Shown piece by piece: positions 26,211-39,384 of a stretch of DNA of 64,000 nucleotides; position 1 is the first letter of the stretch; every line of letters begins with the position of its first letter. The stretch lies in NCBI RefSeq assembly GCF_001194135.2, contig NC_069006.1, forward strand, positions 16,601,763 through 16,665,762, written 5' to 3'. The stretch comes from Octopus bimaculoides (lineage: Eukaryota). Position numbers and translations under genes: made by a program. Below the pieces are notes generated by a model. That model saw only the letters and a list, made by a program, of their open reading frames with translations, did no database searches and was not told where the DNA came from.

Positions 26211-26604
26211 CCTTCCAGCCTATGCATGTCCTCAACAGTCAGAGCCCATGTCTCACTACCAACAACACACAAGTAAGTGTGCATACATGCATGCATGCAA
26301 TTAGGTGTGTGTGTGTGAATCTGTATGTTTTGATGTGTGTGTATTTATGTGTTCATGTGGCTGTGTATATTATAGCCTAAACTTGTGGATTACTTCACAT
26401 TGTTGGTTTGTAATTTTCTAATTAGCCATGCTCTTCTGATTTTGTATGTGCACATGTACGTATGTATGAGTGTTGAATAAGCTGGTATATTAATATGCCA
26501 GATAGAGTAACATTCTGGTTATATGTTTACACACACACATATACTAGTGTCTGCGTGTGCATGCGTGTACATACATGTTTGCAAGGTTTAATATATGTAT
26601 GAAT

Positions 26605-26647
<43 letters not shown>

Positions 26648-29149
26648 GATGTAGGTGATATTAAGAATAAGATGACAGTTCAAGAAATCAAAGGTTGGGA
26701 TGGAAGATCTAGCAAGAACAACAACAGATATAAAAGGAGAAGTGGGTAAGAGGGGGAAAAAAGAGTAAATATAACCAAAACATTTACATAAATCAGGATG
26801 TATTGCAAAAATGAGATGAAATACAGTGAGGAGATGGTAGAGGGAGGGTTGTTAAGGTTTGACTAAAATAAAAGGGTGGAAAGTGGGTAGGTGAGGACAA
26901 CACCAGCAGGGTATCTGGTGTAAACATGCCGAGACCCTCAGGTAAATAGTGTGTTTACTTTGCCTAACCCATATGGGATGTGTAGAAAAGAGGGCGGAGT
27001 GGGAAGGGGGGAAGTGGTTTGTGGATGCTGGTAAGGGTAGGTTGGGTGTCTGTAGGTGCATGGGGTAAGTGGGAAAGTGGGGGGGGGGCTTCTGTGGCTG
27101 CTAGGGGTTCCCTTTCTTTCTTCTATTTTGGTAACCAAATTTAAGTCGTAAGTTCAGCATTCTGACAACTGTAGCCCAACCTTGAGTCTGCTTTTTAGTC
27201 AACAACATCACTATCACCAACATTGCTACTACACTTACCCCCCCCCCACAACTTCTGTCATACCCATCTCCATTACCATATCATCTTCATCATAAGAAAC
27301 CCATCATCACCATCTTTTTCATAACTATAACATCATCGTCGTCGTCATCCCCACCACCATCAACATTGCCATCACTTATAACATCCTCATCATCACCATC
27401 ATCACATCCATCCTCATCATCATCATCACTATTGCCAACATAATCACCATAATGCTCATTCCTATGATAACCATCACTATCATCTTCATTAACATATCAT
27501 CAGCATCACAATGGCATCCTAATTCTCACCATCGTCATCATAGGTTCACCAATCTTAACAAGTCACTGGACAGTTATAACTAGAATATTTTTTGGTCTGC
27601 TCAATCATGTCTGCTTGATCAAGGATGATGCAGGGCTGAACAACAATAAAGGGTTAGGTAACTGAACCAGTAACTGAAACTAACCTATTCTGTCATTTTT
27701 CTATTTGTCTTTTTTTTTGCTTCCTTCTGTTCAAACTATAAGATGATGATGATAATGAGGAAGAGGAAGAGAAGGAGCTATAAATTTTAAGGACTCTCTC
27801 TCTGACTTTGTCCACCCAACTCTAAATAAGTACAATATAGAGGAATAACTAATGAAACACTAGATGAATGGAAGCAGTACCATGAAATTAAAGTGTAATT
27901 AGTTAGCTTGTAGTCAGATGATTCCTGTTCTGAGAGAAATCTACCTGCAATGGACTGGCATTCTCATCATGCCCAATGCTGCAGAAAGCACAGATAAGCA
28001 CTGCCCCTTGTACTTTCATGGAATTTGGAAGATAAGAAAAAAAGGAAAAAAAAAAATCAGTTAAAGCTGTGTTTTAGATATATCAGTTGTAATTTGAGAG
28101 GGAAAGATATTGATAAGACATTAGGGATTAGGGTAGGTTTTCAAATTGGCGTTTAACATCCACTATGTGGGATTACAGTTATTTATAGGGTTTGGCTGGT
28201 TACAGTTTTTATCTTAAACCTGATGGATACATACTATTACACACAGTCTGTAACATATATACACACATAAACACATCTATTTTCACACTCTTGGATAGAT
28301 TCTATAACACACAGAATAGAAAATACATATATTATTACACACAGACAACATACATATACTATCACACGTATAGACAGTTCGAGTATTACAAACACTGTTA
28401 CAGCACACAGAGACTACAGAACACATAAATCATTACACAGCTTATGACAGTCAATCACACAGCCTCATCCAGCCTATCACACATAGAGACTTATATTGAT
28501 TCTTAACAAATATATTTGTACTTTAGTAGACCTTAAATCTGACAGGGAGGGCTTCATTAATCAAAACTTACAAAACTGATCTAATTAACTCTTCCACCAC
28601 TACTACAACAACCACTGCTCTTCTTAACCTCCTGACTGCATACAACCCCCACTTCTTCTACACAAAATAATTTGCTGTTCCCAAGTATATCTTATTCCAG
28701 ACAACTCAGTAACCACTATCTTCATACTAAAAGCAAGCCTCTCTGTCTTTCCTATTTAGAATCTCTCCCTCTGTCTTAATTACAAATCCATAACATGTAT
28801 GGTGTATCCAAGACTACATTTTGCAACATGTGTTTTGTGTTAGAAAACAGGAAGATGTAATTTGAAATTTTAGCTGCTATTTCTAAAAGTTAGAGACTAG
28901 GCAGAGGCTCTCTCATTGAAGAAATAGACATTATTTAATCACAGGCACACCTTGATTGAGTAGGCCTAAGATAAAAAAAAAAAACAACTTCTAAGCCTAT
29001 GTCATTAACTAATTCATAACTATATAAGAAGTGTACTGTCTAACAGTTTCAATTACTTTTCAGTATGATCGAAAATGATTAAATAACAAGATATTAGTAA
29101 CTTTAAATATTGGTATTGATTTTAAACAGTTTTGACCAAGTGGTCTGTA

Positions 29150-29882
29150 TTCAATAAAATTGCCATTGGCTTTGACCACAGCCTCCAGACGACTTCAGAA
29201 TCTGCTGCAACTCTTCTGGATGCTCTCCTTGTTTAAGTTGGTAAATGCTGTCATAATCCTTGTCTTCGGTTCATCTTTGGTCTTACAAGGAGTTTTGTTG
29301 GTCTCTCACTCAACTGCACCCTACACATAATAATCAAGGGGGTTGTAGTCTGGGGAGTTAGGTGGCCAGATGTTAGGGGTGATGTGGTGGCAGAAATTGT
29401 CTGACAGCCAGACTGGGTTCCCTTGCTTGTGTGGCATGGTGCAGAATCCTGTTGCCAGACAAAGGGTCTTCCAGCAGCCACCCTCTTCACCCAGGGCTGC
29501 ACTAGGCCTCCATGTTGAGTCTGAGGTTGTGTGGGAAGATGAATGGAGGCATAACATCGCCACCGCTAGTGATCACTCCAAACACCATAATGTTGACTGG
29601 ATGTTTGATTTTTATCACTCTCGGTACTCTACATTGTCCTCAGATTGACATCCAAACACTCTGAAATGTTCGTATTGGAGCTCCCGGCATGAATGCCAAG
29701 CAGTACAGCATATTGTTTCCAAACTTTTAGTAGAGTGAATTGCATCATGGTGCTGTTTTTCTCACAGATGGTGCCCAACTGACACTAATACACTGTGTAG
29801 TCGCCAAAATCAAAAACAAACAATGCGCCTGCATGAAATTAAAAATATAAAATGCCGACAGTTTACCCATTACATCCTATAT
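29150..29882 (-). mobile_element. Internally deleted copy of the same maT-like family, with a terminal end near 29880
   Basis: WQQDSAPCHTS, NIWPPNSPDYNPLDYYV; shares gctccaatacgaacatttcagagtgttt with the 25040 copy. Confidence 0.8.
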
Positions 29883-31861
29883 ATATACATGTATGTATGT
29901 ATGTATGTATGTATGAATGTATGTCATCATCATCATCGTTTAACGTCTGCTTTCCATGCTGGCATGGGTTGGACGATTTGACTGAGGACTGGTGAAACCA
30001 GATGGCAACACCAGGCTCCAATCTGATTTGGCAGAGTTTCTACATGTATGTATGTATATATATATATATANNNNNNNNNNNNNNNNNNNNNNNNNNNNNN
30101 NNNNNNNNNNNNNNNNNNNNNNNNNNNNNNNNNNNNNNNNNNNNNNNNNNNNNNNNNNNNNNNNNNNNNNNNNNNNNNNNNNNNNNNNNNNNNNNNNNNN
30201 NNNNNNNNNNNNNNNNNNNNNNNNNNNNNNNNNNNNNNNNNNNNNNNNNNNNNNNNNNNNNNNNNNNNNNNNNNNNNNNNNNNNNNNNNNNNNNNNNNAC
30301 TAATAGGTGCAGGCGTAACAATGTAGTTGAGAAGTTTGTTTTTTGGATTCAGTTCCAATGCATAACACCTTAGGCAAGTGTCTTCTCGTGAGTGGTAGAT
30401 GGAAACTGAAAGAAGCCATTCATACACATGAATGCATGCATGCATGCACGTATACTCTTTACTCTTTTACTTGTTTCAGTCATTTGACTGCGGCCACAGA
30501 ATAAGTACTAGGCTTACAAAGAATAAGACTGCATGGCTGCAGTCTTACAAAGAATAAGACTGCATGGCTGCAGTCAAATGACTGAAACAAATAAAAGAAT
30601 CTACTTAAATGATTTTTAAAAAAATATGTTTTAATGCAGAAGGCATCTCCGAGTAATTCCTACATGGAGTAACTTTTGACACAGAAGTCAAAGGTTACTC
30701 CATCCACAGTTCAAGTGTGTCTTATAGTGACAGCCAGAAAAGAGCCTGTACGTGGATGATCAAGAAGACAAAGAAGGTCAGGGTTGGTAATATGTTTCAT
30801 TACAGGTCTGCTCAATCAAGGTTGACCTGGGGTTAAACAACAACAATGACTTTCATCTACTCTATGATATGAAGTGAAGTTACTCTTCCTTCTCTCTCCT
30901 CCTTCCTCTCCTCATCACTCCCTCCTCCCTTTGTTCTTCAACTTCATTATTTCCACATGATGCACTACTGGAACCATTCCAAATTGGATAAAAAAAAAAA
31001 AATGCAAATAGTTTGTCATCTAACATATGCCTGAGTGGGAGCATAGAAATGTGTTCGGTTGCATACCAAGCAAGTACCATCATGTGTGCAGCACAGCTAC
31101 CAAGCCAACCACCACCTCTGAAATATCTCAGGCAGATGATGTGTGGTGCCATGGTCATTTGAAACAGCTCAGACACAGTCAAAGACAGTAAGGCAAAATA
31201 ACAGGTTTGCCGCATGAATTCTTGAAACACCCTGGTCTTGTTCACTGCAGTAAAATATTCCCTTAAAACCAATATGCTGATTTACAAAATTAGTAATATG
31301 CTAATTATTATGAATTGCAAAATATTTTATTTTACCTCTATGAAAAAAAAAAAAAAAAAAAAATCAAATATAATTTCTGGCAAGAAATCTATGTAATATA
31401 AGAAAGTGTCGAATTTCAAAGTTGTTTTATATAAAATCCTCTTCAGATATAGCTATAAGTTCAAGGCTAGATTGAAAAGCAAAGAACATAAAAATAAAAA
31501 AATGAAAATAAAAATAAAACAAATTTCTGTCAAGAAGTAACAGAATTAAATTTGGTTTTCCAGCAGAGTGCTCCGAACTGAACATGTGCTGTGGTACTAA
31601 ATATAGATCACATCAAATAAACCTGGCAGTCAGCTCTTCTAATATGATTATACACATAGCAAGGGCATGTGTACGTGTGTGTGTGTGTGTGTGTGCTGAT
31701 AGACAAACATCAACTCAACTAACCAAAAGAGAAATGTTAACAGAAACACTGACAGGCACACAAACAGACAAGACTAAAACTAGGAAGAATAAACAGTGAC
31801 ATTTCATTAGGAACAACACATCACCGTATACCTTCTGACTCACACTCTACATTCTTTTCCA

Positions 31862-31904
<43 letters not shown>

Positions 31905-31949
31905 GCATGTCCAAGTGCCTATATCAGAAATCATTGCAACAATTATGGT

Positions 31950-32610
31950 TAAAGCAATGAGCTGGCAAAATTGTTAGCATGCTGGACAAATGCTTAGCGG
32001 CATTTTGTCTGTTGCTACATTCTGAGTTCAAATTCTGCCAAGGTAAAACTTTACCTTTCATTCTTTTGGAGTCAATAAAATAACTACCAATCAAGTACCA
32101 GGGTCAATATAATCGACTAATACCACCTCATCCAAATTTCTGGACTTTTGCTTATAGTAGAAACATTATTATTAAGGAAGCAAGCTAGTAGAATTGTTAG
32201 AGTGTCAGACAAAATGCTTAGGAACATTTTGTCTGGCTTTTTACATCCTGAATTCAAACTCCACTAAAGTTGACTGCCTTTCATTGTTTCGGGATTAATT
32301 AAATAAGTACCTATTCTGTCTAAGGGTCAATGTAACTGACTAACCCTTTACCCCTAAAATTACTGACTTAGTGCCAAAAATTTGAAACAATTATTATTAT
32401 CATTAAGGTAGTGAACTGGTAGAATTGTTAGCTCATCAGACAAAATGCTTAGCAACATTTTTTGCAGCCCTTTATATTTTGAGTTCAAAGGCAGAAGTCT
32501 TTCATCCTTTCTATGCTGATAAAATACAATACCAGTAGAGTACTGAGGACAGTGTGATCGACTTATTCCCTCCCCTCAAAACTGCTGACTTTGTGCCAAA
32601 TTTAGAAGTA
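31950..32610 (+). mobile_element. Three tandem copies of tRNA-derived SINE family B (Nin/Deu-like core)
   Basis: Repeated gagctggcag..gttagc...ttctgagttcaaatt...ctttcatccttt..ggtcgataaa.taagtaccag; further copies near 20290, 43040, 43270, 48950, 49185 and 60500-60740. Confidence 0.8.
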
Positions 32611-34197
32611 TTATGTAAGTATTGCATGAGAAAGCAGCACACACCATCAAGTGACACTGGGACAAGCTCACCTACCGCCTTTCTTTCAATTAATTTTTGG
32701 AAAAAAATTAGGAATTTAGTAAAATAACTTTGCCATTGTTAAGCTGGTGTTTGGAATAGAACATGAAATTTTGATGGGTTTTAATTTTGGTCACTTGAGA
32801 GCAGCAAGTTTGTATCAGAACCAGGATTGGTCTTCATGGGGTAGGTATCGAAAGGATTAAAGAGATAATTGTTAGAAATATTGAATTTAAAAAGGAACGA
32901 AGGGTTTTGGTATTCAGTTAAAACCCTCCCTATGTCCTGAGTTCAAAACATATCACGGTTGACTTAGCCTTCAGGTAATAACAAAAGCTACCAGGGAAAT
33001 ACTAGGGTTGATTTAATTAAGAACCCTTCCTTCAAAATTTAAGTCCTCCGGTCTACATTAGAAACAATTATTCAAATTACATGGATCAGCAGACTTGTTC
33101 AAGTGTTGGTATTTGTTCTGGCTCTTTAACTTCCAAGTTCATATCCTGCCAAAGCCAACTTTGCCTTTCATCTCTTGGTTGGAGGAGAGGGAGGGGGAGT
33201 GGGTCTATAAAATAAATTTCCATTCAGGTACTGAGGTAAATATTATCAACAGCCATTCCCTTCTTCTGCCCTTGCACCTAAACATAACAATTATTTATAA
33301 CTGCAGATGGCGGAATCAGTAGAGCATGGACCAAAAGGAAAAATAAAAAAAAAGGTGGCATTTATCCCTTCATATTCTGAGTTCAAATCTCAACAAGGTT
33401 AAGATTGCTTTTGAAATCAAACATTAGGATGAAGGGGTGGAGAACAACTTCAATTATCTATATCCTTTCCTTCCTTCCTTCCCCAAAGATATGTGGCCAT
33501 ATGCCAAGTCAGAAAGCAACCATTGTTGTTATTATTGTTGTTTTTCTTATTATTGAGAGATTTTTGTTTATAGTTTGGCATTTTTTTTTTAACCAAGCCA
33601 ACCTTGGCACAGTTCCTAAAATTTCAAAACCAAAAGCAAGAACAATGAAGGAACATTTCCAGACCTGTTATGTCAAAAGCAGAGAGGTTAACAGAATGAT
33701 GGTAAGTGATTTAGCAGAAAGAGAGAGAGGTTGAGAGAGAAAGAATGAAGGAGATGAAGAGAGGAAAGGAGAGAGAGACAGAGACAGAGAGGTGAAGAAT
33801 GAGAAGAACGATAGTCATGATGGTGGTGGTGGTGGGTGGCTCAATGTTTCATGTAAACAGATTATTTAGGAAGTAGAAATAGTCGAGAGAACGATAACAG
33901 GATGAAGAGAGGCAAGTGGATACATTAGGTAAAATGTTTTGCATGAAACTACTAAACTCATGCTGCATGTGACTGTAACAACAGTGCACTCTGACTGCGA
34001 TAGCAGCGAATGTGAGTGCATCAGTAGTGTACGGTGACTGTAATAAAAGTGTACGGTGACTGTGACAAAGTGAACAGTGACTGTAGATTTACATGTTTTA
34101 TATTCATTGAATGTTTTCTTTTTTTTAATAGGTATTGTCTGGAGAAAGGAGACCATGCTCTGTCTCCTAGCTCTCCAGGACTGGTGAGCTGGAAGAT

Positions 34198-34608
34198 ACT
34201 CTCTCTTTACTTGTTTCAGTCTTTTGACTGTGGCCATGCTGGGACACCACCTTTTAGTCGAGCAAATCGACCCCAGGACTTATTCTTTGGAAGCCTAGTA
34301 CTTATTCTATCGGTCTCTTTTGCTGAACCGCTAATTTACGGGGACGTAACCACACCAGCATCGGTTGTCAAGCAATGTTGGGGGGACAAACACAGACACA
34401 CAAACACATACACACATACATTTATATATATATATACATATATACGACAGGCTTCTTTCAGTTTCCGTCTACCAAATCCACTCACAAGGCTTTGGTCGGC
34501 CCGAGGCTATAGGAGAAGACACTTGCCCAAGATGCCACACAGTGGGACTGAACCCGGAACCATGTGGTTGGTAAGCAAGCTACTTACCACACAGCCACTC
34601 CTACGCCT
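34198..34608 (-). mobile_element. tRNA-derived SINE family A (internal TA/TG microsatellite), full length
   Basis: Head ggcgtaggagtggctgtgtggtaagtagc...ggttcagtccc (A/B boxes) and tail gaaacaagtaaagagag; many copies in the window. Confidence 0.9.
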
Positions 34609-34639
34609 TAACATTCCTCTTCAATCACTGAACCAGTCA

Positions 34640-35520
34640 GCATCTACAAGTAAAACATGAGCAGGGTGGGAATTCCAGAGAGCTGATATTCTGGAAGGGA
34701 AGGACCGGACAAGGTGGTCAGCAGAAAGCCTTGACATGGTGTAGGCATGACAAGCAGGAAGAGTGGTACAGTAGAGATGGTTGAAAACAAGTCAGCTGAG
34801 ATGCAGAAGTCACAGCAAGGAGAGGAAAACGAAGCAAAAAGAACAGGTGGCACATGTGTGGGCCAAGCATTTGTAAATGGCTACTCAACGGCGTTTCTTA
34901 GTATGCAATCTTGAATGTCGGTCTTTGTAGCAGAAGTACCATTCCTGATGTGAGCAAAGTACTTTATTGGGGGGGGGGGGTCTACGGTGTTGAAGCAGTA
35001 CTCTAGAATGTTAATATAATTAGCAGTAGCAACAGCATCCCAGATGTGGGAACTTACTCGAGTTTTGTAGGGAGTCTGTAGTTGGGAGGGTAGGAGACAA
35101 AGGCCAGTCTTTGTTATACTGAAGATGTGGGATCATCAGGAAAAATCCTCAGGAATACAAGGACTAAGATTTGTTGGAAGTATAAATGTACTTGTGTGCT
35201 GTTCACGTTTAGAGGGAAGAGTACTATAAAGTTTCCTTGATATTTGTAGTGATTGTATCTTTGTACTCTGTTGAAGATAATGGTATTACCTCAGTAGAGG
35301 ATGTTTATCAAGTCTCTGCTCAAAAAATCAGTGCAGGTTTGGCATGAGGTGTCCACATTGCATGTGGGTGGTGAAGAATAGTATATACATAGGTGCGGCT
35401 ATTGTTGGAAGTGATGGCAAATAAGTCGATAACAAAAATATACAGTAGTTTTAGGGAGGAGACTGTAACAGTAGTGAGGTGACTAAAACAGTAGTAATGC
35501 ATCCATATCCTACTGTAAAT
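34640..35520 (-). mobile_element. Possible highly decayed Penelope-like element
   Basis: Weak remnants only: FLRIFPDD (cf. LRRICSDD) and FCISADL...RLSADHL (cf. GIY-YIG region). Confidence 0.25.
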
Positions 35521-35753
35521 GTGTAAAAAAAATGAAACATGTAATACTACAGAAAGGTGACATAGTAAATAGTGATATAGTACAAGCTACTCTGACATGC
35601 TACAGGTAGCATTACAGAAAGGGACATCACAGAAGACAATAGACAGTAACATCACAGTGGATGACAATATAAATAACATAAGGAGCCACAGAGGGTGGCC
35701 ACACAGAGGGTGTCAAAATAAATAGCATAATCAATGAATATAAAGGTCCTTAC

Positions 35754-35819
35754 CTGACTTAATCCAATGCGATAGTTGAGTTTATCGATATCCATGTGAT
35801 CCAGATAGTGTTTGATAAT
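35754..35819 (-). CDS. MYO18A: Myosin XVIII exon (converter): IIKHYLDHMDIDKLNYRIGLSQ
   Basis: ctctacag| acceptor, CAG|gtaagg donor, 66 nt, phase 0-0; YRIGLSQ precedes the canonical VFFR. Confidence 0.92.
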
Positions 35820-36365
35820 CTGTAGAGTAAATAACAACAACAATAAGACACAGAAATACAACTGCAACATTGAACAACGATTAAAGAATACAGACATGTT
35901 TTTTTTTTNNNNNNNNNNNNNNNNNNNNNNNNNNNNNNNNNNNNNNNNNNNNNNNNNNNNNNNNNNNNNNNNNNNNNNNNNNNNNNNNNNNNNNNNNNNN
36001 NNNNNNNNNNNNNNNNNNNNNNNNNNNNNNNNNNNNNNNNNNNNNNNNNNNNNNNNNNNNNNNNNNNNNNNNNNNNNNNNNNNNNNNNNNNNNNNNNNNN
36101 NNNNNNNNNNNNNNNNNNNNNNNNNNNNNNNNNNNNNNNNNNNNNNNNNNNNNNNNNNNNNNNNNNNNNNNNNNNNNNNNNNNNNNNNNNNNNNNNNNNN
36201 NNNNNNNNNNNNNNNNNNNNNNNNNNNNNNNNNNNNNNNNNNNNNNNNNNNNNNNNNNNNNNNNNNNNNNNNNNNNNNNNNNNNNNNNNNNNNNNNNNNN
36301 NNNNNNNNNNNNNNNNNNNNNNNNNNNNNNNNNNNNNNNNNNNNNNNNNNNNNNNNNNNNNNNNN

Positions 36366-36425
<60 letters not shown>

Positions 36426-36440
36426 GAAGAGAGTACTAAC

Positions 36441-36535
36441 CTGTCTTTCATCCATGCCATCTGTTTTGAGGCCAAGAGGCATGAGAACCTCAAAACGGTG
36501 TTTAAATTCGCTGAACTGCAGGAAATCAGGGAAAC
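36441..36535 (-). CDS. MYO18A: Myosin XVIII exon (converter): GFPDFLQFSEFKHRFEVLMPLGLKTDGMDERQ
   Basis: tgtttcag| acceptor, CAG|gttagt donor, 95 nt, phase 1-0; GFP...F.EF..RF motif. Confidence 0.94.
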
Positions 36536-37115
36536 CTGAAACAGATGGTAGAGAAACAGTTGATTAAGGAGTATCAGTGAAGGAGTATAGAAGAAGAGGA
36601 GGGAGTAGTCAGTAGACGTAGTGCTGTCGGTGGTGTGTACATATGGTGGTGGAAGGTTGTTGACAAGGTGATGAGTGAGGTGGGGATGGGACATAGTGTG
36701 TAATGGGAGATAGGTAGTAATGATATAGAAAGCAATACTGGAAAGGTTTTGGTAGTTTGTTTATATGCATAGTTTGTTGGTTGTCGGGGTGGAGGACTGA
36801 GTTCATATCCTGTAGCGCTTGACTGAGCCTTCAGGTAGCAACATAAACTACCAGGGAAATACTGGGGTCAATTTAATAAAGTAACTCTCCTCCAGAATTT
36901 AAGTCCTTCTGTCTGACTGAGGTTATAAGAAAAACTGGAGAAATAAGAGATGGGGGATACTTGATAAGAGAGAGACAAAGTGAGAGAGAAATTACAATGA
37001 ACTGATTGTATACGGTGCTAAGATGCAATATGATTTGCTGAGAAAGGTTAAAGGGGGGGGGGCAGAAGCAGCAATATGTTGAATAAAAAAAGACAAACAA
37101 TGATAACCAATGATA

Positions 37116-37434
37116 GGCGCAGGAGTGGCTGTGTGGTAAGTAGCTTGCTTACCAACCACATGGTTCTGGGTTCAGTCCCACTGCGTGGCACCNNNNNNNN
37201 NNNNNNNNNNNNNNNNNNNNNNNNNNNNNNNNNNNNNNNNNNNNNNNNNNNNNNNNNNNNNNNNNNNNNNNNNNNNNNNNNNNNNNNNNNNNNNNNNNNN
37301 NNNNNNNNNNNNNNNNNNNNNNNNNNNNNNNNNNNNNNNNNNNNNNNNNNNNNNNNNNNNNNNNNNNNNNNNNNNNNNNNNNNNNNNNNNNNNNNNNNNN
37401 NNNNNNNNNNNNNNNNNNNNNNNNNNNNTATATG

Positions 37435-37473
<39 letters not shown>

Positions 37474-37683
37474 TTGTGTGTCTGTGTTTGTCCCCCCACC
37501 ATCGCTTGACAACCGATGCTGGTGTGTTTATGTTCCCGTAACTTAGCGGTTCGGCAAAAGAGACCGATAGAATAAGTACTAGGCTTACAAAGAATAAGTC
37601 CTGGGGTCGATTTGCTCGACTAAAAGGCGGTGCTCCAGCATGGCCACAGTCAAATGACTGAAACAAGTAAAAGAGTAAAAGAG
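37116..37683 (+). mobile_element. SINE family A, full length (gap inside)
   Basis: Same head and tail as 34198-34608, opposite orientation. Confidence 0.9.
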
Positions 37684-39384
37684 AGAGAGTAAGCATGTCA
37701 GGAGCAGTGTTGGTGAATTTCTTGAAGCATGAAATTCCCGAAGAATAGTGTCCTGACAGCTAACAACCAACACAAGTAGTTTATACAATGCTTCAACAAT
37801 TTTCAGTATCAAAAAATGCTTCCAAAAGTCATGCATGTTGTTCTGAGTGAGAGAGAGTGACAATGACAAGAGATAGAGAGACAGTATGACAGAAATACAA
37901 GAACTTTGGTACAAAATTTATCCCAGTATACTCAACTGTGTTGGCAAAAATAGATACCAGGCAATTTAATTATCTCCTCATCCCTAACTAATACCCTAAA
38001 ATATCACATACTTCATGACCACCAGGAGCACGCAACATAAAAATATCTAAATGCATTCTTGCAACAGAAAGCTATTCATAGCTTGCAAGATATATCTTTA
38101 AAAAAAAAATCATGATAATGGATTTATTCCTGATGCTTAGTGTCATGAGATGGCATGCACCTTTCACGTCCGGTCAGTTGACTGACAGATACACGTGTTT
38201 ATGTTCAGTAGATTAGTCAGTTTTCTATTTCACTAGGTAGTATTCACTCTCACTGACACAGTGTTTATGTGTGTGTGTGTATACACACACATACATACAT
38301 ATATATTCATATATGTACATACATATGCACACACATATATTCATCATCATCATCATCGTTTAACGTCCNNNNNNNNNNNNNNNNNNNNNNNNNNNNNNNN
38401 NNNNNNNNNNNNNNNNNNNNNNNNNNNNNNNNNNNNNNNNNNNNNNNNNNNNNNNNNNNNNNNNNNNNNNNNNNNNNNNNNNNNNNNNNNNNNNNNNNNN
38501 NNNNNNNNNNNNNNNNNNNNNNNNNNNNNNNNNNNNNNNNNNNNNNNNNNNNNNNNNNNNNNNNNNNNNNNNNNNNNNNNNNNNNNNNNNNNNNNNNNNN
38601 NNNNNNNNNNNNNNNNNNNNNNNNNNNNNNNNNNNNNNNNNNNNNNNNNNNNNNNNNNNNNNNNNNNNNNNNNNNNNNNNNNNNTTTTTAACCAAAAAAT
38701 TTGGTAAAAAATATAGTATCTGTTAACAATCTTAGCAAAAAACTCACAGTTGAGTTTTTGAATATATATCAACTTTAAATAGAGCTCAAAATTGATCCGT
38801 TGAAAATACTTTATTACAACAACAATAACAATAATAATAACAAATAAATAGACCTATGTACATTTCGATAGAACATCCAGAATGATTAATACATATCATA
38901 AAATATTATATATATATATATATACATGTATGTGCATGTATTATGTGTGTATATATAAACACACACACGCACACACAAAACGAGTTGAAAGCACTACGTA
39001 AACAATTATCGAAAATTCTCACTACTTTCTTAATATATGAAATCTGTACACCACTTCAAACAATCTATACATTTGACAGCCTTGATGGGAAAACAGACTC
39101 TCCAGGTTAAACAATGGCTTTTTCTGTAAACTGTAAAGGACAGGGCTTTTCTGTAAACTGGAGAGACAAACAAGCTAACTAGTTATCACATTTTTCATAA
39201 ATAGCTGCAATCTACTGTATCTTGCCCCCTCTCTCTCTCTCTTTAGAATAAACAAAACAGACACTCCCATGAGTTGATACTTGACTAGTTCTTGTGTGTG
39301 TGTGTGTCTGGCAACAGAGGCTGGTGCCATCTCATCATTCAGTCCCCTTATGCACAATCTCCACATATAATATTTTGGACTCAC

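Noticed and set aside
30513-30574. 31-bp tandem duplication
   Set aside because: A local slippage within a deleted SINE A tail.
31829-31864. Micro-exon-like VLEKNVECESE segment
   Set aside because: The acceptor is preceded by (CA)n with no pyrimidine tract, and there is no homology.
35652-38772. Long ORFs in the ORF track containing X runs (also near 18.1-18.7, 30, 46.5 and 60 kb)
   Set aside because: They are open only because N-gaps and microsatellites lack stop codons.
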